A DNA stretch of 64,000 nt from a virus: the IMG/VR virus record IMGVR_UViG_3300032770_000007, positions 61,828-125,827 of that record. One strand, given 5' to 3'. This document shows positions 1 to 8,330 of the stretch, piece by piece. The notes beneath the pieces are model-generated. The model ran no database searches and was not told the origin of the DNA. It was given only the letters and a program-made list of their open reading frames with translations. Within the stretch, counting starts at the first letter, position 1, and each line of letters opens with the position of its first letter. Both the position numbers and the translations under genes were made by a program.

Positions 1-500
1 TTCAACGCTAAACTATGTTTTTGTTTAGATTCTTCACTAAGTGTCCAAGTTTTTCCAAGACAAGAATGATGACCTTTGCCGAACTGATTTCCCATCATTT
101 GAATTCTACGTTTTTCACGTATATCTAATCGTTGATTCATTTTAGCAGTTTGGGGTTTAGGTAATCCTTTATGACCCATACCAATTTTACGTTTATGTTC
201 TTCACTTTTAGGACCAGAAGTACCTTCTCCGCCATTAGTATGATTCAACAAAGGCCCTTGATCTAAATCTCTTCGCCCAAATATTGCTATTAGATCCTGT
301 TCAAACCAAAAAGCATCTGATTCAGAATCTACATAAGCGATTTCTATTAAATGATGTAATCCCATTTCATTTAGTATTCTAATACGACCTTGAACAAATT
401 TATTATGCGAACCAAGATCATATATCCGTTTACCTTGACCTTTACCAACATAAAAAGGAAGACGTGTTCTTGGATCAATGTATAGATACGTATAGAACAT
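1..500 (-). CDS. GIY-YIG homing endonuclease with NUMOD3-like tail (partial, runs off window start)
   Basis: Manual translation from ATG at 500: MFYTYLYIDPRTRLPFYVGKGQGKR...GPLLNHTNGGEGTSGPKSEEHKRKIG; YxY..YVG GIY-YIG variant plus SEEHKRKI motif. Confidence 0.8.
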   Translation of the reverse strand, partial: MFYTYLYIDPRTRLPFYVGKGQGKRIYDLGSHNKFVQGRIRILNEMGLHHLIEIAYVDSESDAFWFEQDLIAIFGRRDLDQGPLLNHTNGGEGTSGPKSEEHKRKIGMGHKGLPKPQTAKMNQRLDIREKRRIQMMGNQFGKGHHSCLGKTWTLSEESKQKHSLAL

Positions 501-524
501 TATATACTGAATATGTGAAAGAGT

Positions 525-944
525 TTAGGCTTTGAGTTTGCTTTCTGCTTCGAGAGCTCTTTGACGCCAGTAATCTCTTCTTCTATAGGCCATTGCTATC
601 ATTTGCTCAACACAGCTGGTGCCATCACCAGGCCAAGCAGGCACACTACCTTGATGTAATAAAGCATCTAGAATAGCAATCATGCAATCAGCACTATTAT
701 ATTCTATATCATAATCAGCTACCCAACAATCACCATTCCATCCTCTCCAAAGTGCCTGATACATTCCATGCTTATAATCATATTTTTCTTTAAACAACGC
801 ATCAAAGTTCTTACTAATTTTTCCCTCAGCCACAGCCTTATCATAGGCTGCTTCAATCTCAGGATTATATGTCTTTTTATAGTTTTCTAGAGTATCACTC
901 ATTTGCCACCCTTGGTAATATTTTTGGCAGTGTTTATTATCCAT
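525..944 (-). CDS. hypothetical protein (start probably at MSDTLE, 902)
   Basis: ORF in operon orientation; no recognisable motif. Confidence 0.6.
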   Translation of the reverse strand: MDNKHCQKYYQGWQMSDTLENYKKTYNPEIEAAYDKAVAEGKISKNFDALFKEKYDYKHGMYQALWRGWNGDCWVADYDIEYNSADCMIAILDALLHQGSVPAWPGDGTSCVEQMIAMAYRRRDYWRQRALEAESKLKA

Positions 945-1174
945 TGCTGGAGATTGGTAAGTTCTGTAGCATTTTCCTTGGCTATTTCATTGTTCTTTGT
1001 AGCTATAGATAATGCTGTCTTAGCATCAGTTCCAGCATCCCCAGGTATGGTTAATAGAGGCTTAGCAGGAACCATTATTTCTGCTGGAGGAGTGGGCATG
1101 TATGGAGTTTGTACTTCTACTCTGGTAGTGGTACAGCCAACCAATAATAGAGACAATAATATAAGTAATCTCAT
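899..1174 (-). CDS. outer-membrane spanin (Rz1-like lipoprotein)
   Basis: Signal peptide with lipobox LLVGC, Pro-rich periplasmic part; overlaps end of i-spanin. Confidence 0.85.
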   Translation of the reverse strand: MRLLILLSLLLVGCTTTRVEVQTPYMPTPPAEIMVPAKPLLTIPGDAGTDAKTALSIATKNNEIAKENATELTNLQQWIINTAKNITKGGK

Positions 1175-1563
1175 TTGGTTGCTCCTGTTACTGATTGATT
1201 ATACAAGTCTACCCATTCTTGACTTAGAGCACAAGAAGTAGTTCCATTTTGATTTGTAAGTATAGTCAATGAATTTGCTGCTATCTCAGCCAACTTCTTT
1301 TGAATAGCAGCATTTGAATCTTGTAAGGTTTTGATTTGACCTTGTAACTGATTCACTGAAGTCGCATCAACGACAGTCTGCGTTTTTTGAATATCAATAG
1401 TCTTGTTCTGATCTTTGATTATTTGAGCAGCCTGTTTAGCTTCTTCATGCTGTTCACCTTTTATCCAACCACCACAAAATGCTCCTCCTACGATCAGGAT
1501 TATTAGTCCTACTCGTATCAAAAGAGCATAAGGTTCTGGTATTAAACTTTCAATGAGATTCAT
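1171..1563 (-). CDS. inner-membrane spanin (Rz-like)
   Basis: N-terminal TM helix, coiled coil, C-terminal Cys; directly upstream of lipoprotein. Confidence 0.8.
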   Translation of the reverse strand: MNLIESLIPEPYALLIRVGLIILIVGGAFCGGWIKGEQHEEAKQAAQIIKDQNKTIDIQKTQTVVDATSVNQLQGQIKTLQDSNAAIQKKLAEIAANSLTILTNQNGTTSCALSQEWVDLYNQSVTGATK

Positions 1564-1578
1564 AATAAAAACTCCATA

Positions 1579-1866
1579 TTAGCCATTCTGGCTTGATGTA
1601 TTTTGTCCTGGCTCTGTATCCTGCTTAAGTTTGATAGTTACTCCAGCTGCACCCATGATCGTACCAAAACCAATAGACCAATTTATATAGTCAAATGGTA
1701 GACCCTTATGAAGGACATTCCAGGCTGTCATTGCTAGGTAAAATATTGAACCAAAGAACCAAGATACTCTGGCTAGATCATATGTCTGTCCATCAATACC
1801 AGTCAAACAATGCTTGATTAAAGTATCAAGCAACTTAGGAAGTTTAGGAAATTTTATTCTTCTCAT
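1579..1866 (-). CDS. putative holin
   Basis: 95 aa, two hydrophobic helices, basic N-terminus, located between endolysin and spanins. Confidence 0.65.
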   Translation of the reverse strand: MRRIKFPKLPKLLDTLIKHCLTGIDGQTYDLARVSWFFGSIFYLAMTAWNVLHKGLPFDYINWSIGFGTIMGAAGVTIKLKQDTEPGQNTSSQNG

Positions 1867-2351
1867 ATAGCCTGCCCATCAGTTACCCAATATTTGTAGT
1901 TGTGAAAAAACTGTCCCTGTGTTGCTGCTCCAAGAGGAGTGTTATAATATTCCTTGTAATAGTTCCAAAGACCATTCAAATCAGTGGCAGAAGGTAATGT
2001 ACCAGGTTTTCTGGCATAATGTACTCTGGCCATTGCGATGGCATATGGATCATTATTTATGAGAACTTCTGCGGTATTGTTTCCGCCTGCCAAATCTTTG
2101 ATTTGTCCTGATAGATCATCATGATATTTGAGATAATTTGTCCAGATATCATCATGGTCCTCTTTTTCCATTTGAAATATGCCTCTAGCAGGACCATTGC
2201 TCTGAACTCTAAATGTTCCAAAGGCACTTTCCTGCGCACAGGTAGCCAATAGAAGTTCTTCAGCATTTGAGCTGTAAAGATTTAGTGGTTTGAGAGTTGA
2301 TTCAATCAGATATCTTAAATTTGATGGAGTATATGGCAAATAGGTAGTCAC
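1863..2351 (-). CDS. putative endolysin (lysozyme/transglycosylase-like fold)
   Basis: LLLATCAQES (catalytic Glu-like), GPARGIFQME and YNT motifs; heads the lysis cassette. Confidence 0.7.
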   Translation of the reverse strand: MTTYLPYTPSNLRYLIESTLKPLNLYSSNAEELLLATCAQESAFGTFRVQSNGPARGIFQMEKEDHDDIWTNYLKYHDDLSGQIKDLAGGNNTAEVLINNDPYAIAMARVHYARKPGTLPSATDLNGLWNYYKEYYNTPLGAATQGQFFHNYKYWVTDGQAI

Positions 2352-2359
2352 TTCTCACC

Positions 2360-2563
2360 TCATAAATTATCACTTACCAATCCATTAACATTATATGGTG
2401 GCTTTGCTCTTTTCAAAAACTTTTTGGTTCTGTCTTTGAAGTTTTTCTTCATTTTCATCACTGGATCAAAACCAGCTACTGGACCAGCAGCAGGAGCAGC
2501 ATTGGTGAAGCCACCAGTACCAGCTGCCATTACAGCACCGCCATCTTCTTTGATTATCTTCAT
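2360..2563 (-). CDS. small protein carrying a copy of the major capsid protein N-arm
   Basis: AGTGGFTNAAPAAGPVAGFDPV vs gp23 AGTGGYATAATAAGPVAGFDPI; basic C-terminus. Confidence 0.75.
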   Translation of the reverse strand: MKIIKEDGGAVMAAGTGGFTNAAPAAGPVAGFDPVMKMKKNFKDRTKKFLKRAKPPYNVNGLVSDNL

Positions 2564-2946
2564 TTAAGTTCTTTCAAAACCTCTATGGCTTTTGGATCCA
2601 GATTATATTCATCCACTACTATATCTTGTCCATTCACTCCATAAACAACTGGAGGAGCAAAACCCAAATAATCTACAAATGGCAACAGTACCTCTAAATC
2701 TTTATGCTCTAACTTGAAGAATAATAATCTTGTCCCTTCTGGTCCAAATACATTATAGAATATTACCAAATGGTTCAAGATTAATCGTTCTTTCAAAATT
2801 CCTGTTGTATAATATTTCGTCAATAACCTCTTGATATATTGTATACGATTTATATCTTCTTCAAATTCATTCCAAACCGCATTTGGTTTGTCATATGCTT
2901 TTGCTGCTATCAATAAAAAGTTGTTCGCGGTAACATTATCTATCAC
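2560..2946 (-). CDS. conserved T4-like phage protein (DUF7207-like)
   Basis: NFLLIAAKAYDKP..EFEED..RIQYIKRL..LKERLILNH..NVFG pattern recalled from cyano/pelagi-myophages. Confidence 0.7.
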   Translation of the reverse strand: MIDNVTANNFLLIAAKAYDKPNAVWNEFEEDINRIQYIKRLLTKYYTTGILKERLILNHLVIFYNVFGPEGTRLLFFKLEHKDLEVLLPFVDYLGFAPPVVYGVNGQDIVVDEYNLDPKAIEVLKELK

Positions 2947-2950
2947 AATC

Positions 2951-3325
2951 TCACTCTATTTCTGCTTTGCGTGTCCTCAGGTGATGTTGCCCTTGCCAAA
3001 TCTGTTCTTCATCCCCACCCAGACTATCTAATATATCTAACTCTTCAGGTGTAGTCAGTGTTGCATATACATTATATTTAGCAGACACTTCTTCGTCCAA
3101 ATCAGTATCAAAAATGACATGTAGATAATAGGGAGGTTCTTCTATCCCATCAAATAAAATCTTGAAACATAATTCATCATCAAAGTTATCTATTACAGGA
3201 GCAGTTACTCCATGAGTTTCTAACTTGAGAGCAACAGCATGCCAGGCATCTGGAATGCTATCAAATGTTTGATCTGATAAAGTATCCAGATCATTGTTTA
3301 GATTATCTACATCAGCTTCTAACAT
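2951..3325 (-). CDS. acidic hypothetical protein
   Basis: ORF in operon. Confidence 0.6.
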   Translation of the reverse strand: MLEADVDNLNNDLDTLSDQTFDSIPDAWHAVALKLETHGVTAPVIDNFDDELCFKILFDGIEEPPYYLHVIFDTDLDEEVSAKYNVYATLTTPEELDILDSLGGDEEQIWQGQHHLRTRKAEIE

Positions 3326-3327
3326 AT

Positions 3328-3855
3328 CTAAAATCCATGTAGTTTGAGTTTTGAAATGGAATCTGCGGCCGAAGTATGGAGGATTCCTATACCTCTATTC
3401 TTCATCCATTCCTGAATATTTTGATTTGTATCATCAATAAGAATATTACTTATCACGTTTCTGTTCTCTATTTTGGTAGCATAGTTCTGTTTATGTTCTC
3501 TAAAGACAGCATGAAAATGATCTTTAGGTATACCAAGATACTTTTCACACCAAATCCATTTACCTTCACGAGCATATCTTTGAGAACTTTCTGATGGTGG
3601 TTCACCATTGATCCCTCTAGGAACTGCTGTCAAAATATGTGGCTCATAAGGAACAACATAGTTCCATAGAGTATGAAAGTCTCTAGTTGGTGGTAGATTT
3701 TCCCAAAAGTTAGGACATTCAAATACTCTATGATTTCTGGCTAACTTTTCTTGCCTCGAAACAGGAGCATTCCAATCTATTCCGGTTAGTAGTTTTACTC
3801 CTCTTACAAAATCAACCAGGACCCCATCCATATCAACATATAGCGTAGCACGCAT
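3328..3855 (-). CDS. HAD-family 5'(3')-deoxyribonucleotidase-like phosphatase
   Basis: YVDMDGVLVDF motif I, ILTA motif II, K, ILIDD motif IV. Confidence 0.85.
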   Translation of the reverse strand: MRATLYVDMDGVLVDFVRGVKLLTGIDWNAPVSRQEKLARNHRVFECPNFWENLPPTRDFHTLWNYVVPYEPHILTAVPRGINGEPPSESSQRYAREGKWIWCEKYLGIPKDHFHAVFREHKQNYATKIENRNVISNILIDDTNQNIQEWMKNRGIGILHTSAADSISKLKLHGF

Positions 3856-5462
3856 TATCTACCTCTATTTCCTAATGCTGATATTGCTTTGCTCTTGTTT
3901 AGTTTCAAAGTTGGTTTAGTATCAATAGGATTTGCTTTTGAACCAGTAGCAGTATAGCCACGGAACTGACCCAAGAACTTCTTGCGCTTACCTTCATCAA
4001 TAATCATATCTTCTTTGAGTGTCTTAGCGCGATCCTTTCTAACTATATGAAACTCTCCAGCATCATCCCTAATATGTAGTTCAGTTTTGAAAGGAACCAA
4101 TTGGCTGAAGGTATGTTCACGATGAACACTATGAACAGTCCCTGTTTTGTAACTATTTGTCTCAGGATGAAAATATTTCACTTTTTTACCAACCCAAGGA
4201 TGATTATTGATTTGACCTGCTTTGGTTATTCTACCTTCATCAATGATCATATCTTCATTCAATTCAAAATGAGAAATAGTTGACAGTTTTTCAGGAGTTG
4301 GATGACCAACTAAAGCATGATGATATAACTTGACATTTTTTACATTGTGTGCTTTTTCAACGTGAGTAATACGTTGAGCCATTGTCCATCCTGGAGAATG
4401 AGTAAAAGTATTATCATATGTCTTTTGAAGTTCCATACGAGTTGGTCCTGTATGTGCTTCTGTTATTCCATGCTGTTTACGCAATCTCATAATACCACCA
4501 TGAGCCACATTGCCTGGTGCTACATACTTATGAGCATCCTTGATGTGCTGAGCATGATAATGAGTACCGCCACCAGGTGTAGAATATTGTCTTTCAGAAG
4601 CATTTAGTTTATCAACAATACCCTTTGCTTCTGTTGGTGTATAGAGTTTTGGTTCATCACTTTTTGGCCAGGCATTCTGACGACCACGACCAGCATTACC
4701 TATCACTACATGAGTTGCTTCTTCTTCATTCATTATTGATTCAGCAATCCAACCACCTACATGCCAATGAGTCTTACCTTTATGAGCATGTAATGGTCCC
4801 CATTTCTTAGTATGATCTAAATGATAATCATGAATTTTATTTAGATCGGTATGTGGCGTCTGATGATGTTCAACTTTAGCACGGGATAGCTGAGTATCTT
4901 CATCATATGCACCACCTTCACCATGCTTAAAGCCGCTTCTATGAACATTATTGATATGATCTTGAACATGCTTTACGGTTGGAAATTTGTCAATAGGAAA
5001 GTTAGCATTATAATTATGTGCACCTTCTGTTAAAGATTCTTCTTTCAACTTTTTGTTAGCCAAAGCCACTCCCTTGGCTCTTTTGTCTGCCATCTTCTTA
5101 TGCTTTTCTGCACTAATGTTATCAATACCATATTGATTGGCATAATCTACAGCATGCTTGATTCCAGAGACCTGTGCTTTCCAACGATAGTTGTCAAGAG
5201 TTTTCTTTGAGATTTCTGTTATAGTTTCTTCATCCATGTCAGTATATCTTTTTCTTTCTTCATCATGATGTGCGGTCACTTCTGATTTGGCAACAGGATA
5301 GTTACTCAAACCATTGTTGATCAAAACGTGGGAACCAAAGTCTTGTTTCACGACTCCAAAACCACCCACATGCTTCACGCACGTGCCCACCCAATCAGAA
5401 GGATGGCCATCTTTCCAACCTTCTGTTAGTGTTTCTAATCTGATCTGTAGGAATGATTTCAT
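3855..5462 (-). CDS. His-rich modular internal head polyprotein (putative)
   Basis: CTS-like N-terminus MKSFLQIRLE; repeated (L/I)xE linkers; EDMIIDEG occurs twice. Confidence 0.6.
   Translation of the reverse strand: MKSFLQIRLETLTEGWKDGHPSDWVGTCVKHVGGFGVVKQDFGSHVLINNGLSNYPVAKSEVTAHHDEERKRYTDMDEETITEISKKTLDNYRWKAQVSGIKHAVDYANQYGIDNISAEKHKKMADKRAKGVALANKKLKEESLTEGAHNYNANFPIDKFPTVKHVQDHINNVHRSGFKHGEGGAYDEDTQLSRAKVEHHQTPHTDLNKIHDYHLDHTKKWGPLHAHKGKTHWHVGGWIAESIMNEEEATHVVIGNAGRGRQNAWPKSDEPKLYTPTEAKGIVDKLNASERQYSTPGGGTHYHAQHIKDAHKYVAPGNVAHGGIMRLRKQHGITEAHTGPTRMELQKTYDNTFTHSPGWTMAQRITHVEKAHNVKNVKLYHHALVGHPTPEKLSTISHFELNEDMIIDEGRITKAGQINNHPWVGKKVKYFHPETNSYKTGTVHSVHREHTFSQLVPFKTELHIRDDAGEFHIVRKDRAKTLKEDMIIDEGKRKKFLGQFRGYTATGSKANPIDTKPTLKLNKSKAISALGNRGR
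3989..4256. repeat. 25-bp direct repeat (1 mismatch) encoding linker EDMIIDEG, copies 243 bp apart
   Basis: taccttcatcaataatcatatcttc at 3989-4013 and taccttcatcaatgatcatatcttc at 4232-4256. Confidence 0.9.
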
Positions 5463-5920
5463 TACTTTGATCCTTGATCCTTTGCTTTGGTCCTCAATGC
5501 TGAATATTTCTGAGCAACACGACTCTGGGCTGGACCTATGTGAATAGGTTCTTTGTTCTTTTTATTATCAAGGAGATGAGTTCCCTTGAAATCTTCTCTA
5601 ACAGGATTCACTGGCTCAGCCGCTGCTGCTACCTGAGCAGTTCTCACTGTTCTGATTAGTTGATCATGAAGTTTGTGTTGAAATTCAGCAGCCTTCAAGT
5701 GAGCCTCAGCAGCACCCTTATAATCTCCTAGCATACCCAAACGAGTTGCCTCATTTGCATATTGTCTTGCTAGTTCACCACAATTTTCACCATCATAGGC
5801 ACCAGAACCAGAAATACTGATCTCCTCTGCCATGGCTGGATCAATCTTTGACTTTCTTGCCTCAGCATAAGCTTCTTTGAAACTCTGACTTACTTTATTA
5901 TCTTCTGAAAAAATACTCAT
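5462..5920 (-). CDS. hypothetical protein, possible head cargo
   Basis: Ala-rich helical ORF; SFKEAYAE CTS-like segment near the N-terminus. Confidence 0.6.
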   Translation of the reverse strand: MSIFSEDNKVSQSFKEAYAEARKSKIDPAMAEEISISGSGAYDGENCGELARQYANEATRLGMLGDYKGAAEAHLKAAEFQHKLHDQLIRTVRTAQVAAAAEPVNPVREDFKGTHLLDNKKNKEPIHIGPAQSRVAQKYSALRTKAKDQGSK

Positions 5921-5922
5921 GT

Positions 5923-8301
5923 TTACTTAGTCTCCCAGAACTTGATGTCTGTGGGCTTCAAACCCTCTTGTAATGTAATAGCACCTTTGCGTTCAAACTT
6001 CAAACAGGTTACATTGTCTCCATCTTTCACATAGACGTTATACTGCTTATTTGAACGAAATGGTTTATTAGTCTTTATGACTCTACCTTCATATATAGTC
6101 TCTTCACCTTCTACTCCCCAATCTTCATAGACTTCAGGAGTTGTATATGAAAGATCAGGTGATTTCAAAGAATAATCTTGACGAAAATCTTTGAATGATT
6201 TCTCTTCACTATTCATGCTCATGGTTGTAGAAATGCCCTGGTTACTACCATCAGCCTTTACAGAACTAGTTCTAAATGTCTTTACAGCTTTCTTTGGTTT
6301 ACCTGGTTTGACTGCTTCATCCATCCACCAAACCTTTGGTTTGATATGATGCCAAATATTTTTGTGTTTTTCATGGTGAGAATGAACAGCAGCAATCGCT
6401 TCTTCATATTCTGCCTGTCTTCCATGACCTTCAGCTTTACTTACTTCATGTGCAAGACGATTATGTTCCTTCTGGACATCGGCAATATGTGTTTTGAATT
6501 CCTTATGCTTTGTGCGCTTTGCTAGTTTTTCAAGTCTATCTTGTTCTCTTGATTTTTGTTTATTGGCCTTATTTTCAGCAGCCCATTGAGCAAATACTCC
6601 ATGACCTTCACCAATCGTGCCAACACCAGCCATGTCATCCCCTTGACGAGCATCAGTATGAGTTGCTGGAGCCTTGGCTGCTTTTCTAGGCTTATATTTT
6701 ACATTGGCCGTGCCTGGAGTTGCGGCCAATGGATTTGTTCCATTGGCACCTTGAGCAGCAAAAGCACCACCAACACTATCTGATGGACGGATTGTGCCAA
6801 GAGTTGAAGGAGCCTTCACAGGAGTTACACCTGATGGCTTATTTTGGTTACTAGTTTTCCAAAGAGTAGCCTCTGATGTAGAAGTTATTCCAGCACCAAT
6901 ATCAGCATGAAAAGTTGAGTTGCCAGGAATGGCTGTCCCTGGCAACTTTGTTACCTTGGTTTTACGAAACTTCTTGAAACCTGTTTCTTCTTTCAAACGA
7001 CTTGCACCAGTGCTAGAAGGATCATGGGGACCAGTAGCTATGACCTTTGGAGCATAGGGAACCTGGATAGTTGAAGCATTAGTTCTTAGTCTACCAGTCT
7101 TAGTATCTCTTACAAATCTGCTTGATTTATTATTTTTCTGATTAGGATTTTTAGGAGTTGGTTGTGAAGTGGTATTCGTTGATACTGATGTTCCTGGAGT
7201 TTCATTCAAAAACTCTGCTACTGTTTCATTGATAGATTTTTGACCAGTATAGAAACCAGTGATCAAATCATTTAGTTCATCAAACCATAGTTGTGTTTGT
7301 TCTGTTCTCAAAGGACTGCTATTATCAAAGATAGTAAACAGATTGAATTCATCATTCAGAACTTTAGCATTATATAAAGAACGAGTATATTTCTCTAATC
7401 TAACTTCTTCAGTGATAGTCTTGGCACCTAGTTTGATTCTTTGCTCATTTCTTGCCTGACTAACTTCATCAGTTGTGTAAACATATACACCAGCAGTTCT
7501 ATAGCCTACTGTCTCAAGCACTTTCTTGGTTAAAGTTATCTTCTTGAAATCATCAGCATTACCATTGACAATCAATGGCTCACCTTGATTGACTTCTGCA
7601 ACATTCTTTTGTTCATTGATAGCCTTGTAGAGTTTTTCTAGATTTATCTCAACCAGACTTTCATCATTGAGAACAGTTTCCCTTAGGAGAGCATCCTTGC
7701 CTGATCCTGGACCACCAATAAGGAACAAAGCAGTATACTGTTCAGCCTTTAGACCTTTTCTTGTTGCCATGTATAACTCTTTCGCATGTTGCTTGCTTGG
7801 AACTCCTTTACGGAAACTTTCAAAATCACCTTTTTGAGCATGCTCTCGCATCTTTGAAGCACTCATACCTTCAACACCTTCTGAATCAGGATCTCTATGA
7901 CCAGCTGAAACAACATGAATATTATCAAAGGTATATTCATGTCCATTATATTTATGAAGTAGGTTATGAAAGGACTTGACTCTGTCTTCACCCACAACCA
8001 TTGTAACTCTTTTATGTCCCATCTTTTGTAAATGCTTCATTGCATCCAATGGTGTCTTGATCTCAGCACCAGGATGAACATTTGTCCCTGGCAACATTGA
8101 TTGAATGAAATGAACTTTGTCTCTGTGGGTTAGAGGATTTTTCTTGTTGTCATGGGTACCAGAAACAAATACATAATGATTTGCCCCATGATGTCTAGCT
8201 AACTGTTTGACGTGGTTTATTAGTTTGGCATGTCCTGATGTTGGTGGGTTCATCCTACCGAACGTAAACACCGCCGCTTCTTTGACTTCTGGTTTTTCCA
8301 T
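5923..8301 (-). CDS. HxGH-type nucleotidyltransferase (cytidyltransferase-like) fused to P-loop kinase and a modular tail
   Basis: FGRMNPPTSGH, VGEDR, MSASKMR motifs; GGPGSGKD Walker A; low-complexity C-terminal modules. Confidence 0.85.
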   Translation of the reverse strand: MEKPEVKEAAVFTFGRMNPPTSGHAKLINHVKQLARHHGANHYVFVSGTHDNKKNPLTHRDKVHFIQSMLPGTNVHPGAEIKTPLDAMKHLQKMGHKRVTMVVGEDRVKSFHNLLHKYNGHEYTFDNIHVVSAGHRDPDSEGVEGMSASKMREHAQKGDFESFRKGVPSKQHAKELYMATRKGLKAEQYTALFLIGGPGSGKDALLRETVLNDESLVEINLEKLYKAINEQKNVAEVNQGEPLIVNGNADDFKKITLTKKVLETVGYRTAGVYVYTTDEVSQARNEQRIKLGAKTITEEVRLEKYTRSLYNAKVLNDEFNLFTIFDNSSPLRTEQTQLWFDELNDLITGFYTGQKSINETVAEFLNETPGTSVSTNTTSQPTPKNPNQKNNKSSRFVRDTKTGRLRTNASTIQVPYAPKVIATGPHDPSSTGASRLKEETGFKKFRKTKVTKLPGTAIPGNSTFHADIGAGITSTSEATLWKTSNQNKPSGVTPVKAPSTLGTIRPSDSVGGAFAAQGANGTNPLAATPGTANVKYKPRKAAKAPATHTDARQGDDMAGVGTIGEGHGVFAQWAAENKANKQKSREQDRLEKLAKRTKHKEFKTHIADVQKEHNRLAHEVSKAEGHGRQAEYEEAIAAVHSHHEKHKNIWHHIKPKVWWMDEAVKPGKPKKAVKTFRTSSVKADGSNQGISTTMSMNSEEKSFKDFRQDYSLKSPDLSYTTPEVYEDWGVEGEETIYEGRVIKTNKPFRSNKQYNVYVKDGDNVTCLKFERKGAITLQEGLKPTDIKFWETK

Positions 8302-8330
8302 CGCAAACTCTGTGTTGCCTGTATAATCAA

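Noticed and set aside
5923-8301. NAD+ reconstitution pathway (NARP-type) based on the HxGH domain
   Set aside because: No Nampt/Namat or PRPP-synthetase-like partner in the window; the substrate cannot be assigned from sequence
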